Below the pieces are notes generated by a model. That model made no database searches. It was not told the DNA's origin and saw only the letters and a program-made list of their open reading frames with translations. This document shows, piece by piece, positions 1 through 11,754 of a stretch of 64,000 nucleotides of DNA (positions are counted from its first letter, which is position 1; every line of letters starts with the position of its first letter). Source of the DNA: Malacoraja senta (lineage: Eukaryota); NCBI GenBank assembly GCA_038087875.1, contig CM075997.1, positions 3,970,001 to 4,034,000 on the forward strand, given 5' to 3'. Made by a program: the position numbers and the translations under genes.

Positions 1-36
1 CTCTCTGTGAGAAAAAGTTTAATGTCAGAGGGATTT

Positions 37-660
37 AAGTAAGTAAGTTTATTGGCCAAGTATTCACATACAAGGAATTTGCCTTGGTGCTCCAACATGA
101 CATACAGTGACAGTTATGAATGACTCAGAAAACATTAAACATTAATAATAATAAAACATTAATGATAAAACACCATTGATCAAGCATGTGAACCAACAAA
201 ATACCAGATCAAAGGGAGGCTACAGATTTTTGGCTGTTGAGTAGAGCAACTACTCGTGGATAAAAAATGTTTTTATGTCTGGCTGTGGCAGCTTTGACAG
301 TCCGGAGTCGCCTTCCAGAGGGAAGTGATTCAAAGAGTTTGTGGCCAGGGTGAGAGGGGTCAGAGATGATCTTGCCCGCTCGCTTCCTGGCCCTTGCAGT
401 GTACAGTTCATCAATGGAGGAAAGGTTGCAGCCAATAACCTTCTCTGCTGATCGGACGATTCGCTGCAGCCTCCAGGTGTCGTGCTTGGTGGCTGAGCTA
501 AACCAGACCACGATGGAGAAGGTGAGGACAGACTCTACGATGGCCGTGTAGAATTGGACCATCATTGCCTGTGGCAGATTGTGTTTCCTCAGCTGCCGCA
601 GGAAGTACATCCTCTGTAGGGCCTTTTTGACTGTGGAGTCGATGGTGGCCCCCCCACTTA
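37..660 (-). mobile_element. Rex1/Babar-like LINE, 5'-truncated 3' fragment
   Basis: ORF 209..700 encodes the RT C-terminal region (QRMYFLRQLRK...IISDPSHPGHKLFESLPSGRR...FYPRVVALLN) typical of Rex1/Babar; (ACTT)n-type tail at about 37-48; near-identical copy at 56808-57400. Confidence 0.8.
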
Positions 661-947
661 AGGTCCTTGGAGATGATGGTTCCCAGGGATTTGCTACCAA
701 TTGTTTTATTAATACATCAGGTAATTATAGAACAGTGAGATCAGTGCGTAGAATATAAATAAACTATGATGCAGTTTGATATCGAGAAGGAGCTGATGGT
801 GAGGATCTAGCTTCACCTAGAAAAGCTAACGGTTTCAGGGGGAAAGTTTAATTGAGATGTGCGGCGCAAGAGAGTGGTGGGGGTCGGGAACGCATTAATT
901 ACCGGGGGGGGGGTGGGAGTGGTGGAGGCAGATACGATGGCGGTTTG

Positions 948-1904
948 CAGGGGCCGCGGAACGTTTTTGAAAGTGGGGGGGTGGGGGGCTGAGCGATCAC
1001 TGATCACCGGCCTCGGGGGTACCCGGTGAGGGAGCGACTGAGCGGGGGGAGGGTGCGGGAGGGGGGCGCAATTATTATTTAAACATTTTGTCTACTCCAC
1101 TGCGAAATCTCTCCAAATACTGGGGGACAATACAGGCCAACCCCCAACTCAAAAAGTGGGGGGGATATATTCCCCATTCCCGCCCCCACCTCCCACTCTC
1201 TCTCTCTCTCGGGGCCAATTCTCTCTCTCTCTCTCTCTCCCTCTCTTTCTCTCTCCCTCTCTCTCTCCCTCTCTTTCTCTCTCCCTCTCTTTCTCCCTCT
1301 CTTTCTCTCTCCCTCTCTTTCTCTCTCCCTCTCTTTCTCCCTCTCTTTCTCTCTCCCTCTCTTTCTCTTTCCCTCTCTTTCTCCCTCTCTTTCTCTCTCC
1401 CTCTCTTTCTCTTTCTCTCTCCCTCTTTCTCTCTCCCTCTCTTTCTCCCTCTCTTTCTCTCTCCCTCTCTTTCTCTTTCTCTCTCCCTCTTTCTCTCTCC
1501 CTCTCTTTCTCCCTCTCTTTCTCTCTCCCTCTCTTTCTCTCTCTCTCCCTCTCTCCCTCTCTTTCTCTCTCCCTCTTTCTCTCTCCCTCTCTTTCTCTCT
1601 CCCTCTCTCCCTCTCCCTCTCTGCGGCTAACCACACGCTTCGTTCACTGCCCCATATCTCGACTGTGAACCGCGCTGTGATTGAGCGGAGGGGAGGAATG
1701 GCTTTTGGGGGGGGGGGAATCGGTTTCCGCCGCGGCTGGTCGTGGTTTTGCCGCCCTCACTGTGCGCTTGTTCTGACATTCTGGATGTCGGAGGTCCTCA
1801 GAAGAAAAGAAAAATACGCCTGCGGACCGGATCATTTCAGGTTATGAAGCATGAATCGCCAAAAAAGTGGAGGGGCTGCAGCCCCCCCAGTTCTGCAGCC
1901 CATG
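948..1904. mobile_element. possible non-autonomous DNA transposon (hAT-like termini)
   Basis: Imperfect 15-bp inverted termini caggggccgcggaac (948) / gttctgcagcccatg (ends 1904); no convincing TSD. Confidence 0.3.
1196..1622. repeat. CT-rich polypyrimidine low-complexity repeat
   Basis: Almost pure C/T tract (ctctttctctctccct variants). Confidence 0.95.
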
Positions 1905-2111
1905 GTTTGGGCCTTTCAGATCAAAAGCAGCCTTCAGAGTGATCGCACCATCATCCCCCCCACCCCCCCAAACTATGAAACGTCACCCATCCATTTCCCT
2001 CCACAGATGCTGCCTGACCCGCTGAGTTCCTCCGGCACTTTGTGTATTGCGCAAGATTCCAGCGTCTGCAGTTCCTTTGTATTTCCCTTTAATCTCACCT
2101 GGTTCACTGGT

Positions 2112-2396
2112 TTAGTTTAGAGATACAGCGCGGAAACAGGCCCTTCGGCCCACCGAGACCCCGCTGACCAGCACACTAACACTATCCTACACACACTAGG
2201 GACAATTTACAATTTTTTACAAAGCCAATTAAACTACAAACCTGTACGCCTTTGGAGTGTGGGAGGAAACCGGAGCACCCGGAGAAAACCCACGCAGGTC
2301 ATGGGGAGAACGTACAAACTCCGTACAGACAGCGCCCGTTGTCAGGACCAGACCTCTGGCGCGTGGGGGAGAAACTCTACCGATGCGCCACCGTGC
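2112..2396 (-). mobile_element. HE1-like tRNA-derived V-SINE
   Basis: Central ...ggtttcctcccacactccaaag... V-domain and 3' gggccgaagggcctgtttccgcgctgtatctctaaact tail on the minus strand; many copies in the window. Confidence 0.8.
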
Positions 2397-2430
2397 CTGT
2401 TTGATTTTTTATTTGTTTTCCTTCCAACAG

Positions 2431-2520
2431 GCCCCACGACCATGATGTCGGAGGGAACCAGGAACATTATTGAAGCAATGAAGGCCCACAGTGTGAGGAA
2501 GATAGTGGGCTGCATGTCAA
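2431..2520 (+). CDS. BLVRB: biliverdin reductase B / flavin reductase (NADPH), internal coding exon
   Basis: Polypyrimidine + cag acceptor at 2428-2430, gtaagt donor at 2521; 90 nt; encodes PTTMMSEGTRNIIEAMKAHSVRKIVGCMS, matching BLVRB [29 protein letters not shown]. Confidence 0.95.
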
Positions 2521-2842
2521 GTAAGTCAAAGGCTGCTCTCTATTTTCTGGCACCCTTCAGCTCCCGGCTCATGACCTGAGAGCGGGTTTTAAAATGGAGT
2601 CTTAACATTGGTAATGCAATCCAACCTGCACTCAGGAAATTCAATAAGTCACTCGCTAATCTTTTAATTGATGCTGTAAGTTAAGGGATGGAGATAGACA
2701 CAAAATGGTGGAGTAACTCAGCAAGGCAGGCAGCATCTTCTTCTATCCAGAGATGCTGCCTGTCCCGCTGAGTTACTCCAGCTTTTTGTGTCTATCCTCA
2801 GTTTAAACCAGCACCTGCAGTTCCTCCCATTATTATTGTTTT

Positions 2843-2868
2843 TGTGTGTACAGATGTACATGTGTGTG

Positions 2869-2927
<59 letters not shown>

Positions 2928-3016
2928 GTGTGTGTGTATATATATGTGTGTATATATATATATGTGTGTGTGTATATATACGTGTGTGTGTATATATATG
3001 TCTGTATATATATATA

Positions 3017-3059
<43 letters not shown>

Positions 3060-3067
3060 ATATATAC

Positions 3068-3124
<57 letters not shown>

Positions 3125-3160
3125 AGTATATATATATATATATGTGTGTGTATATATATA
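2843..3160. repeat. compound (TA)n/(TG)n microsatellite, left of Tc1 insertion
   Basis: Alternating tatata/tgtgtg tracts. Confidence 0.95.
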
Positions 3161-4775
3161 CAGTGGCTTGCAAAAGTATTCATACCCCTTGAACTTTTCC
3201 ACATTTTGTCACGTTACAACCACAAACGTAAATGTATTTTATTGGGATTTTATGTGATAGACCAACACAAAGTGGTGCATAATTGTGAAGTGGAAGGAAA
3301 ATGATACATGGTTTTCAAATTTTTTTACAAATAAAAAACTGAAAAGTGTGGCGTGCAAAAGTATTCAGCCCCCTTTACTCTGATACCCCTAAATAAAATC
3401 CAGTGCAACCAATTGCCTTCAGAAGTCACCTAATTAGTAAATAGAGTCCACTTGTGTGTAATCTAATCTCAGTATAAATACAGCTGTTCTGTGAAGGCCT
3501 CAGAGGTTTGTTAGAGAACATTAGTGAACAAACAGCATCATGAAGCCCAAGGAACACACCAGACAGGTCAGGGATAAAGTTGTGGAGAAGTTTAAAGCAG
3601 GGTTAGGTTATAAAAAAATATCCCAAGCTTTGTACATCTCACGGAGCACTGTTCAATCCATCATCCGAAAATGGAAAGAGTATGGCACAACTGCAAACCT
3701 ACCAAGACATGGCCGTCCACCTAAACTGACAGGCCGGGCAAGGAGAGCATTGATCAGAGAAGCAGCCAAGAGGCCCATGGTAACTCTGGAGGAGCTGCAG
3801 AGATCCACAGCTCAGGTGGGAGAATCTGTCCACAGGACAACTATTAGTCGTGCACTCCACAAATCGGGCCTTTATGGAAGAGTGGCAAGAAGAAAGCCAT
3901 TGTTGAAAAAAAGCCATAAGAAGTCCCGTTTGCAGTTTGCCACAAGTCATGTGGGGGACACAGCAAACATGTGGAGGAAGGTGCTCTGGTCAGATGAGAC
4001 CAAAATTGAAGTTTTTGGCCTAAATGCAAAATGCTATGTGTGGCGGAAACCTAACACTGCACATCACCCTGAACACACCATCCCCACTGTGAAACATGGT
4101 GGTGGCAGCATCGTGCTGTGGGGATGCTTTTCTTCAGCAGGGACAGGGAAGCTGGTCAGAATTGATGGGAAGATGGATGGAGCCAAATACAGGGCAATCT
4201 TGGAAGAAAACCTGTTAGAGTCTGCAAAAGACTTGAGACTGGGGCGGAGGTTCACCTTCCAGCAGGACAACGACCCTAAACATACAGCCAGAGCTACAAT
4301 GGAATGGTTTAGATCAAAGCATATTCATGTGTTAGAATGGCCCAGTCAAAGTTCAGACCTAAATCCAATTGAGAATCTCTGGCAAGACTTGAAAATTGCT
4401 GTTCACAGACGCTCTCCATCCAATCTGACTGAGCTTGAGCTATTTTGCAAAGAAGAATGGGCAAAAATTTCAGTCTCTAGATGTGCAAAGCTGGTAGAGA
4501 CATACCCCAAAAGACTTGCAGCTGTAATTGCAGCGAAAGGTGGTTCTACAAAGTATTGACTCGGGGGCTGAATACTTTTGCACGCGACACTTTTCAGTTT
4601 ATTATTTGTAAAAAAATTTGAAAACCATGTATCATTTTCCTTCCACTTCACAATTATGCACCACTTTGTGTTGGTCTATCACATACAATCCCAATAAAAT
4701 ACATTTACGTTTGTGGTTGTCACGTGACAAAATGTGGAAAAGTTCAAGGGGTATGAAAACTTTTGCAAGCCACTG
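3161..4775 (+). mobile_element. full-length Tc1-family (DD34E, IR/DR type) transposon, Passport-like
   Basis: About 212-bp TIRs (3161-3373 and 4564-4775) beginning cagtggcttgcaaaagt, roughly 5 mismatches; inner and outer direct repeats gcaaaagtattca; TA on both sides (3159-60, 4776-77). Confidence 0.97.
3540..4559 (+). CDS. Tc1 transposase, 339 aa, uninterrupted ORF
   Basis: Paired-like HTH, GRPPK motif, RRKPLL basic NLS region, WSDETK...QQDNDPKH...DLNPIE catalytic triad with 34 residues between the second D and E. Confidence 0.97.
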   Translation: MKPKEHTRQVRDKVVEKFKAGLGYKKISQALYISRSTVQSIIRKWKEYGTTANLPRHGRPPKLTGRARRALIREAAKRPMVTLEELQRSTAQVGESVHRTTISRALHKSGLYGRVARRKPLLKKSHKKSRLQFATSHVGDTANMWRKVLWSDETKIEVFGLNAKCYVWRKPNTAHHPEHTIPTVKHGGGSIVLWGCFSSAGTGKLVRIDGKMDGAKYRAILEENLLESAKDLRLGRRFTFQQDNDPKHTARATMEWFRSKHIHVLEWPSQSSDLNPIENLWQDLKIAVHRRSPSNLTELELFCKEEWAKISVSRCAKLVETYPKRLAAVIAAKGGSTKY

Positions 4776-4853
4776 TATGTGTGTGTGCGTGTATATATAT
4801 ATGTGTGTGTGTGTATATATATATATGTGTGTGTGTGTGTGAATGTGTATATA

Positions 4854-4894
<41 letters not shown>

Positions 4895-5067
4895 ATATAT
4901 GTGTGTGTGTATATATATGTGTGTGTATATATATATATGTGTGTATATATGTGTGTGTGTATATATGTGTGTGTGTATATATGTGTGTATATATATGTGT
5001 ATGTGTATATATATATATACACACACATATACACACACATATATATACACACACATATATATATATA
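4776..5067. repeat. compound (TA)n/(TG)n/(CA)n microsatellite, right of Tc1 insertion
   Basis: Continuation of the tract split by the transposon. Confidence 0.95.
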
Positions 5068-5071
5068 CTGC

Positions 5072-5895
5072 CTGCAGCCTGTTTGTCTTTTCAATCTTTT
5101 TTTATTATTTAGTTAGTTTAAAGTCTGTTTTTGGGGGAAACTTTAACTTTTCTATGTGGGGGAGGGGGGCAGGGCAAGGGGGAAACTGTTTCCCAGTCGC
5201 TTCCTGGCGGGGATGCGACTATTTCTCCGAGTCGCGATCTCTCCCCCCTCCTCGCGGCCCACCACCTGGATCGGAGCGGCCTTTCCTGCCGGGGACCGGG
5301 AACCAGGCCGGAGCTTCAACAGCGGCAGCGCTGGATTCACCGCGGAGCGGGCGATGCCGACCTGGATCGCCGTTTGGAGCTCCGGAGCGTTGGGCCGCTG
5401 CTCCAACATCGTGGAGCTGCGGTTTGGGAGAGCTTCCAGCGTGGGCGGCGCTGACCGTCATCGTGGAGTCCTGGGGCCCTTTGCCGGGGGCCGCCAGCAT
5501 TGAATCTCCGCCCAGCGCGGCCTGCGGACTTTGGGAGCCGCGGACTCCGGTAGGAGGTGGCCGACTCGGATGTCCAGGCCGCTGAGGTCCCCCAGCCTCG
5601 ACGTCGGACTTACATCACCCCGGCTAGAGGGCCTGAACATCGGGCCGCCCGTAGCGGCGACTGCGGAGGGCTCGGGGAGGCCCCGACCACAGGTGAACAT
5701 TGGGGAACATTAGAGGAAGATGACTGACTTTGGTGCCTTCCCTCACAATGGGAAACTTTTGATTCTGCTGTGTGGGGATGTTTTATGTTGAACTCTATCG
5801 TGTGTGGTGTTGTTTATTTTGATTGTATGGCTGTATGGTGACCACACATTTCACTGTGTCAACTGGCACATGTGATAAATAAATGTATCTTGTAT
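5072..5895 (+). mobile_element. GC/CpG-rich non-autonomous retroelement with Rex1-like tail (unclassified)
   Basis: Same layout as 23812-24643: T-rich head, G-run + ggaaac, hairpin, GC-rich core, tgccttcc.tcaca.tg, tail tcactgt...acatgtga.aataaa. Confidence 0.55.
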
Positions 5896-5900
5896 CATCA

Positions 5901-5943
<43 letters not shown>

Positions 5944-5978
5944 ATAAATATATATATATGTGTGTATATAAATATATA

Positions 5979-6063
<85 letters not shown>

Positions 6064-6177
6064 ATATATATATGTGTGTGTATATATATGTGTGTGTATA
6101 TATATGTGTGTGTATATATATGTGTGTATATATATATATATGTGTGTGTGTACATGTATGTGTATATATATACACAC
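5901..6177. repeat. (TA)n/(TG)n microsatellite
   Basis: Direct inspection. Confidence 0.95.
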
Positions 6178-6380
6178 TGAACATTTTTCTCTCTTGTTTA
6201 TAACATTGTTTACAGAGTACTATGTTTACATATTCTATTGTGCTGCTGCAAGTAAGAATTTCATTGTTGTATCTGGGACATAAAACTGTCCCAGATACTG
6301 TTATAAAACACTTTTTCTTGACTATCTGGTGAAATCTCAGGGTGATAAACTCCATTGATGTGATGTTTCCATTTCTACAG

Positions 6381-6512
6381 CATTCCTGTTGTGGGATGAA
6401 GCCAAGATCCCCCCACGTGTCCTGGATGTGACCAAAGACCACCAGAGGATGTATGAAGTGCTGAAGAACTCTGGCCTTGACTACGTTGCTGTGTTTCCAC
6501 CTCACATTGATG
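6381..6512 (+). CDS. BLVRB: BLVRB internal coding exon
   Basis: ttctacag acceptor, gttaga donor at 6513; 132 nt, phase-compatible with neighbouring exons; (T)[43 protein letters not shown]. Confidence 0.95.
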
Positions 6513-6624
6513 GTTAGACTTCCTTTACTATTGAAGAAGGAGTTAATTGATTTTGGGTGTCAGTCACTGTGGTTTTAATATGGTTCACCATCGAGGTAAT
6601 TATGATATTGAGCATGTTTAAGAA

Positions 6625-7196
6625 ATGCTACACTTGTCGCTTTACCTCCCCCCTTGACTCCATTCAAGGACCCAAGCAGTCTTTCCAGGTGCGGCAGAGG
6701 TTCACCTGCACCTCCTCCAACCTCATCTATTGCATCCGCTGCTCTAGGTGTCAGCTGCTCTACATCGGTGAGACCAAGCGTAGGCTTGGCGATCGCTTCA
6801 CCCAACACCTCCGCTTGGTTCGCATTAACCAACCTGATCTCCCGGTGGCTCAGCACTTCAACTCCTCCTCCCATTCTGAATCCAACCTTTCTGTCCTGGG
6901 CCTCCTCCATGGTCAGAGTGAGGCCCACCGTAAATTGGAGGAGCAGCACCTCATATTTCGCTTGGGCAGTTTGCACCCCAGCGGTATGAACATTGACTTC
7001 TCTAATTTCAGGTAGTCCCTACTTTCTCCTCCCCTTCCCAGCTCTCCCTCAGCCCACTGTCTCCACCTCTTCCTTTCTTCTTCCCGCCCTCCCTCACATC
7101 AGTCTGAAGAAGGGTTTCGGCCCGAAACTTTGCCTATTTCCTTCGCTCCATAGATGCTGCCTCACCCGCTGAGTTTCTCCAGCATTTTTGTCTACC
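6625..7196 (+). mobile_element. Penelope-like element 3' part: GIY-YIG endonuclease plus pLTR-like terminus
   Basis: NLIYCIRCSRCQLLYIGETKRRLGDRF..H...PVAQHFN...GMN GIY-YIG domain ending at 7015, followed by the repeated ctgaagaaggg...gaaac terminal motif. Confidence 0.9.
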
Positions 7197-7269
7197 TATG
7201 ATATTGAGTATGTTGTCTTACACAAAATACAACGTGCTGGAGGAACACAGCGTCTGTGGAGGGAGTGGA

Positions 7270-7800
7270 CATAGAAACATAGAAATTAGGTGCAGCAGTA
7301 GGCCATTCGGCCCTTCGAGCCTGCACCGCCATTCAATATGATCATGGCTGATCATCCAACTCAGTATCCCGTACCTGCCTTCTCTCCATACCCTCTGATT
7401 CCTTTAGCCACAAGGGCCACATCTAACTCCCTCTTAAATATAGCCAATGAACTGGCCTCGACTACCCTCTGTGGCAGAGAGTTCCAGAGATTCACCACTC
7501 TCTGTGCGAAAAAAAGTTATCCTCATCTCGGTTTTAAAGGATTTCCCCCTTATCCTTAAACTGTGAACCCTTGTCCTGGACTTCCCCAACATCGGGAGCA
7601 ATCTTCCTGCATCTAGCCTGTCCAACCCCATAAGAATTTTGTAAGTTTCTATAAGATCCCCTCTCAATCTCCTAAATTCTAGAGAGTATAAACCAAGTCT
7701 ATCCAGTCTTTCTTCATAAGACAGTCCTGACATCCCAGGAATCAGTCTGGTGAACCTTCTCTGCACTCCCTCTATGGCAATAATGTCCTTCCTCAGATTT
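7270..7800 (-). mobile_element. CR1-clade (HER1-like) LINE 3' fragment
   Basis: EGVQRRFTRLIPGMSGLSYEERLDRLGLYSLEFRRLRGDLIETYKI; (tttctatg)n tail. Confidence 0.9.
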
Positions 7801-8716
7801 GATATTTTCTCCCGACCTGAAACAGATCTGAATAACGTCACCTTTACATGTCCTCTACGGATGCTGCCTGACCTGTTTAGTTACTCCAACACTTTGTGCT
7901 TTTCTCAAGATTCCAGCATCTGCAGTTTCTTGTGTCTCCACTGTTGTCTTGTCATTGCCCAGCCCAGCCCTCCTCAACACCTCCCTCTGGTGGGCAATTC
8001 TCAAAGGTGCAGGTTGGTGCATGATTTAGACTCTGAAGCCAAACCACACTGACTGCAGCATAAGCTCTGCTGTGAAGGACCGGTGACAGTGACCTATTAT
8101 TACATATTATCCCAGGAATCAGTCTGGTGAACCTTCTCTGCACTCCCTCACTGTTACGTGATATCTGTGCTCCTTCTTCACAACTGGGGACATGTCCAAG
8201 AGCTGGCTCAAGTTTAACATGCAAACAAAGCTTTCCACTGTATCATGGTACACGTGGGAATAATAGACCAATGCAAGTTAGACATCACTTGCCAGGCTTT
8301 GTCCTGCCCCCACCTACCCCCCCCTGACCACAATCAGACTGAAAGGAAGGTCCCAACACAAAACATCGCCTATCCATGTTCAGAGATGCTACCTGACCCG
8401 CTGAGTTACCCAGCACTCTGTCTTATTATGTAAAGCATTACTTGTCTCCAATATAACATTCTCCCCTCCCCCTGAGAGTTGTATTTGCTTTGGGGTGGGT
8501 TTGTGTTCAAAAATAGCTGCATCATGAATGAGCAAGAATTGTGTTTACCCCCCATCCTTTCCGGGACGATCCATTTTTTCTTTCCATCCCTCTCCCAAAG
8601 GAGCTTTCCATGAATTTTCAGGTTGGGGTTGAGGATTATTATTGCCACCTGTACCGAGGTGCAGTGAAAAGATTTGCTTTGCATGCTATCCAAGCAAATC
8701 AGACACTATCCGAGCT

Positions 8717-9231
8717 GATACTAGGAAGGACATCCTTGCTATTGAGGCAGTGTGCAGCGTGGGTTCACCAGTTTAATCCCCGGGATGGCAGGACTGTTAT
8801 GTGAGGAAAGATTGGAAAGACTGGGTTTGTATTCACTGGAATTCAGAAGGATGAGAGGGAATCTTATAGAAACGTATAAAATTATAAAAGTACTGGACAA
8901 GCTAGATGCAGGAAACATATTCCGAATGTTGGGCGAGTCCAGAACCAGACTAAGAATAAAAGGGTGGCCATTTAAAACGGAGATGAGAAAAAACTTTTTC
9001 ACCCAGAGTTGTGAATTTGTGGAATTCTCTGTCACAGAGGGCAGTGGAGGCCAATTCACTGGATGAATTTAAAAGCGAGTTAGATAGAGCTCTAGGGGCT
9101 AGCGGAATCAAGGGATATGGGGAGAAGGCAGGCACGGGTTACTGATTGTGGACGATCAGCCATGATCTCAATGAATGGCGCTGCTGGCTCGAAGGGGCAA
9201 ATGGCCTCCTCCTGCACCTATTTTCTATGTT
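8717..9231 (+). mobile_element. CR1-clade LINE 3' fragment
   Basis: Same RT C-terminal motifs, with frameshifts; 3' UTR and tail. Confidence 0.85.
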
Positions 9232-9309
9232 TTATATTACACATGAATACAATCAAGCCAAACTCAAGTACAATACGTCGAGCGAAGAGAAAGATACAGA
9301 GTACCGAAT

Positions 9310-9615
9310 TTAGACTTTCGAGATACAGCTTGGATACAGGCCCTTCGGCCCACCGAGTCCATGCCGACCAGCGATCACTTCTTACACTTAACACTAGGGA
9401 CAATTAACAATTTGACCAAAGCCAATTAACCTACAAACCTGTACGTCTTTGGAGTGTGGGAGGAAACCGGAGCACCTGGGGAAACCCCTCCCCCCTCCCC
9501 CCCCCGCTGTCACAGGGAGAAATTACAAACTCCGTACAGACGGCACCCATAGTCAGGATCGAACTCGGGTCTCTGGCGCTGTGAGGCAGCAACTCTACTG
9601 CTGCGCCACCATGCT
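9310..9615 (-). mobile_element. HE1-like V-SINE
   Basis: A/B-box head ggtggcgcagcagtagag...gagttcgatcc, V-domain and tail on the minus strand. Confidence 0.8.
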
Positions 9616-9918
9616 GCCCTATCCATGTCACCTATCCATGTTCTCCAGAGCTGCTTGCTTGACCCAGAGTTACTGCAGCACGTTGTCTTTCTTTGCCAAT
9701 AGGATGCTTTCTGTGGAACACCAAAGCAGGAACATGCTTTTAGATGATCAGCCATGATCATATTGAATGGTGGTGCTGGCTCGAAGGGCCGAATGGCCTA
9801 CTCCTGCACCTATTTTTCTATGTTTCCAACATCCGGATGATCCTATTTATGTGCTCCTTATTCACATTTACTACTTCTGCGCGGTGGTTTATTTAACGTG
9901 ACTCTGTTCCTCTGACAG

Positions 9919-10076
9919 ATGCGCTGCCGCTGACGGAGGACTACGCCGTGGCAGTCGGTGAAAGGGGAGGCCGAGTCATCTCCAAACACGACCTGGGCCA
10001 CTTCTTCCTCAGGTGCCTGACTACCTCCGAGTACGACGGGAAATTTGTCTGCGTTTCCGGCACCTACCAGTCCTAG
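9919..10076 (+). CDS. BLVRB: BLVRB terminal coding exon
   Basis: ctgacag acceptor; 158 nt; (D)[55 protein letters not shown] (tag 10074-76), with the hallmark [21 protein letters not shown]. Confidence 0.96.
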
Positions 10077-10347
10077 TGACACCAGCACGCAGTCTCTTCA
10101 ACGTTGCAAGCCTCAATGGCTGCATTACATCCTTTTACAGTCTAGTCCTCTCGAAACGAATGATAGCATTGCATTTGCCTTTCTTACCTGCCCACTCAAC
10201 CATCAAATTAACCTGGAGTAACTCAGCGGGACAGGCAGCATCTCTGGAGAGAAGGAATGGGTGACATTTCGGGGTCGAGACCCTTCTTCAGACTCAACTC
10301 CAGAACCTCCTTCTAAACTTTGAGAGGCACAAAAAACTGGAGTCTAA

Positions 10348-10566
10348 AGCCCCTGTCCCACTTTCACGACCTAATTCACGACCTTTTTTACTCGTGGATA
10401 TTTTTCATCAAACGCCCCGACCTACTTGATGCCACGAATACCTACGACTAGCATCACGGCCTAACTACGACTTACCTACGACCTCGTGACGACCATGCTG
10501 CGAGTATGAGTCAAGGGCAAACTCAGCAGAGGTCGTGAATTAGGTCGTGAAAGTGGGACAGGCCCT
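10348..10566. mobile_element. PIF/Harbinger-like MITE
   Basis: TIRs ..cctgtcccactttcacgacctaattcacgacc / ggtcgtgaattaggtcgtgaaagtgggacagg..; flanked by taa/tta. Confidence 0.75.
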
Positions 10567-10833
10567 TTAGGAAGGGTCTCGACCCGAAATGTCACCTCTC
10601 CAGAGATGCTGCCTGTCCCGCTGAGTTACTCCAGCATTTTGTGTCTATCTTCGATTTAACCCAGCATCTGCAGTTCTTTCCTACACTGCAAATTAGCCTT
10701 TTGGGAATCCTGCACTAGCACTCCCAGGCCTGATGCTGGATCTGCACCACTCGATATCTGAATCCTCCCCTCGGTTAGACACCAGCGCGCAGGGGAGGAG
10801 CTGCACTCTTCACACCTCTCGACAGAAATTATC

Positions 10834-10839
10834 AATAAA
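10834..10839 (+). terminator. candidate BLVRB polyadenylation signal
   Basis: First AATAAA seen after the stop (about 760 nt downstream), followed by a GT/T-rich stretch. Confidence 0.45.
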
Positions 10840-11216
10840 AAAAAAAAATTCCGCCGATCTCACTGGATGTTTTTGTCGCCCTTGAGTGTGGAAATCCATC
10901 AGTCTGTGGTGACCATGAATCTCCAGGCCCTGGTTTCAGTTTTCATTGTCACGTGTACATGAAAAGTTTTTGTTGCGTGCTAACCAGTCAGCGGAAAAAT
11001 GATATGCCCATGAATCTCCAGGCCCTCGCCAGCTTGCGAATGCCCGACTGATGTACAAGCACTGTAGCACACATCATCCGGCTGTACCAACTTAACTTTG
11101 GAGTTGTGGTCACAGCCTTTGCATGTAGACAAAAAGGCAGGAGAAACTCAGCGGGTGAGGCAGCATCTCTGGAGAGAAGGAACAGGTGACGTTTCGGGTC
11201 GACACCCTTCTTCAGA

Positions 11217-11623
11217 CCAAAGATCCTATAGCAGAGCAAGATAGACCACTCCTGCCTAAATGCAATGGGCTGACGTGTAGTACGCAACGGAGCGGAACGT
11301 GGGCCTTTTTTTCATCCATTTCCGTAACCCGACCCGACCCGACCCGCAGTGTAATCAACGTTGCGGGGGAACAGTTTGAGTTAATAAATTAAAATTCTGA
11401 AAATGTGAAGAAGATTTTTACCAAATAACTTTTATTTTTACGAGGATGTTTCCGTAACCGGCTTCCGTCTCCGCACTAGTATCTTTGCTCCGCTATGGGA
11501 TCTTTGGTGTGGAGACGGAAGCCGGTTACGGAAATGGGGCCAAAAATTACCCAGAAATCTGCCCATGACCGTACTACGTCTTTTTCGTCGAGTGGGCTAT
11601 CTTGCTCGCTATAGGGTCTTTGG
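11217..11623. mobile_element. about 400-bp MITE with CCAAAG...CTTTGG termini
   Basis: TIR ccaaagatcctatagc.gagcaagatagaccactc; internal inverted repeat ttccgtaaccggcttccgtctcc; second copy at 54045-54443. Confidence 0.75.
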
Positions 11624-11754
11624 TGACCATGAATCTCCAGGTCTTGGCCCTGGATTCAGTTCCCCACCCAGCGGTATGAACATTGTCTTACCATTGCCAG
11701 AGTGAGGCCCAGCGCAAATTGGAGGAACAGCACCTCATATTTCGCTTATTTAAG

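Noticed and set aside
1079..1668. ER-rich and SL-rich ORFs
   Set aside because: Translation artefacts of the CT tract
2718..6283. Numerous YI/HT/CV-repeat ORFs (also at 59428-60068)
   Set aside because: Translations of TA/TG microsatellites
6557..7015. Host GIY-YIG nuclease gene
   Set aside because: 5'-truncated, multicopy and followed by a Penelope terminus; it is a retroelement fragment
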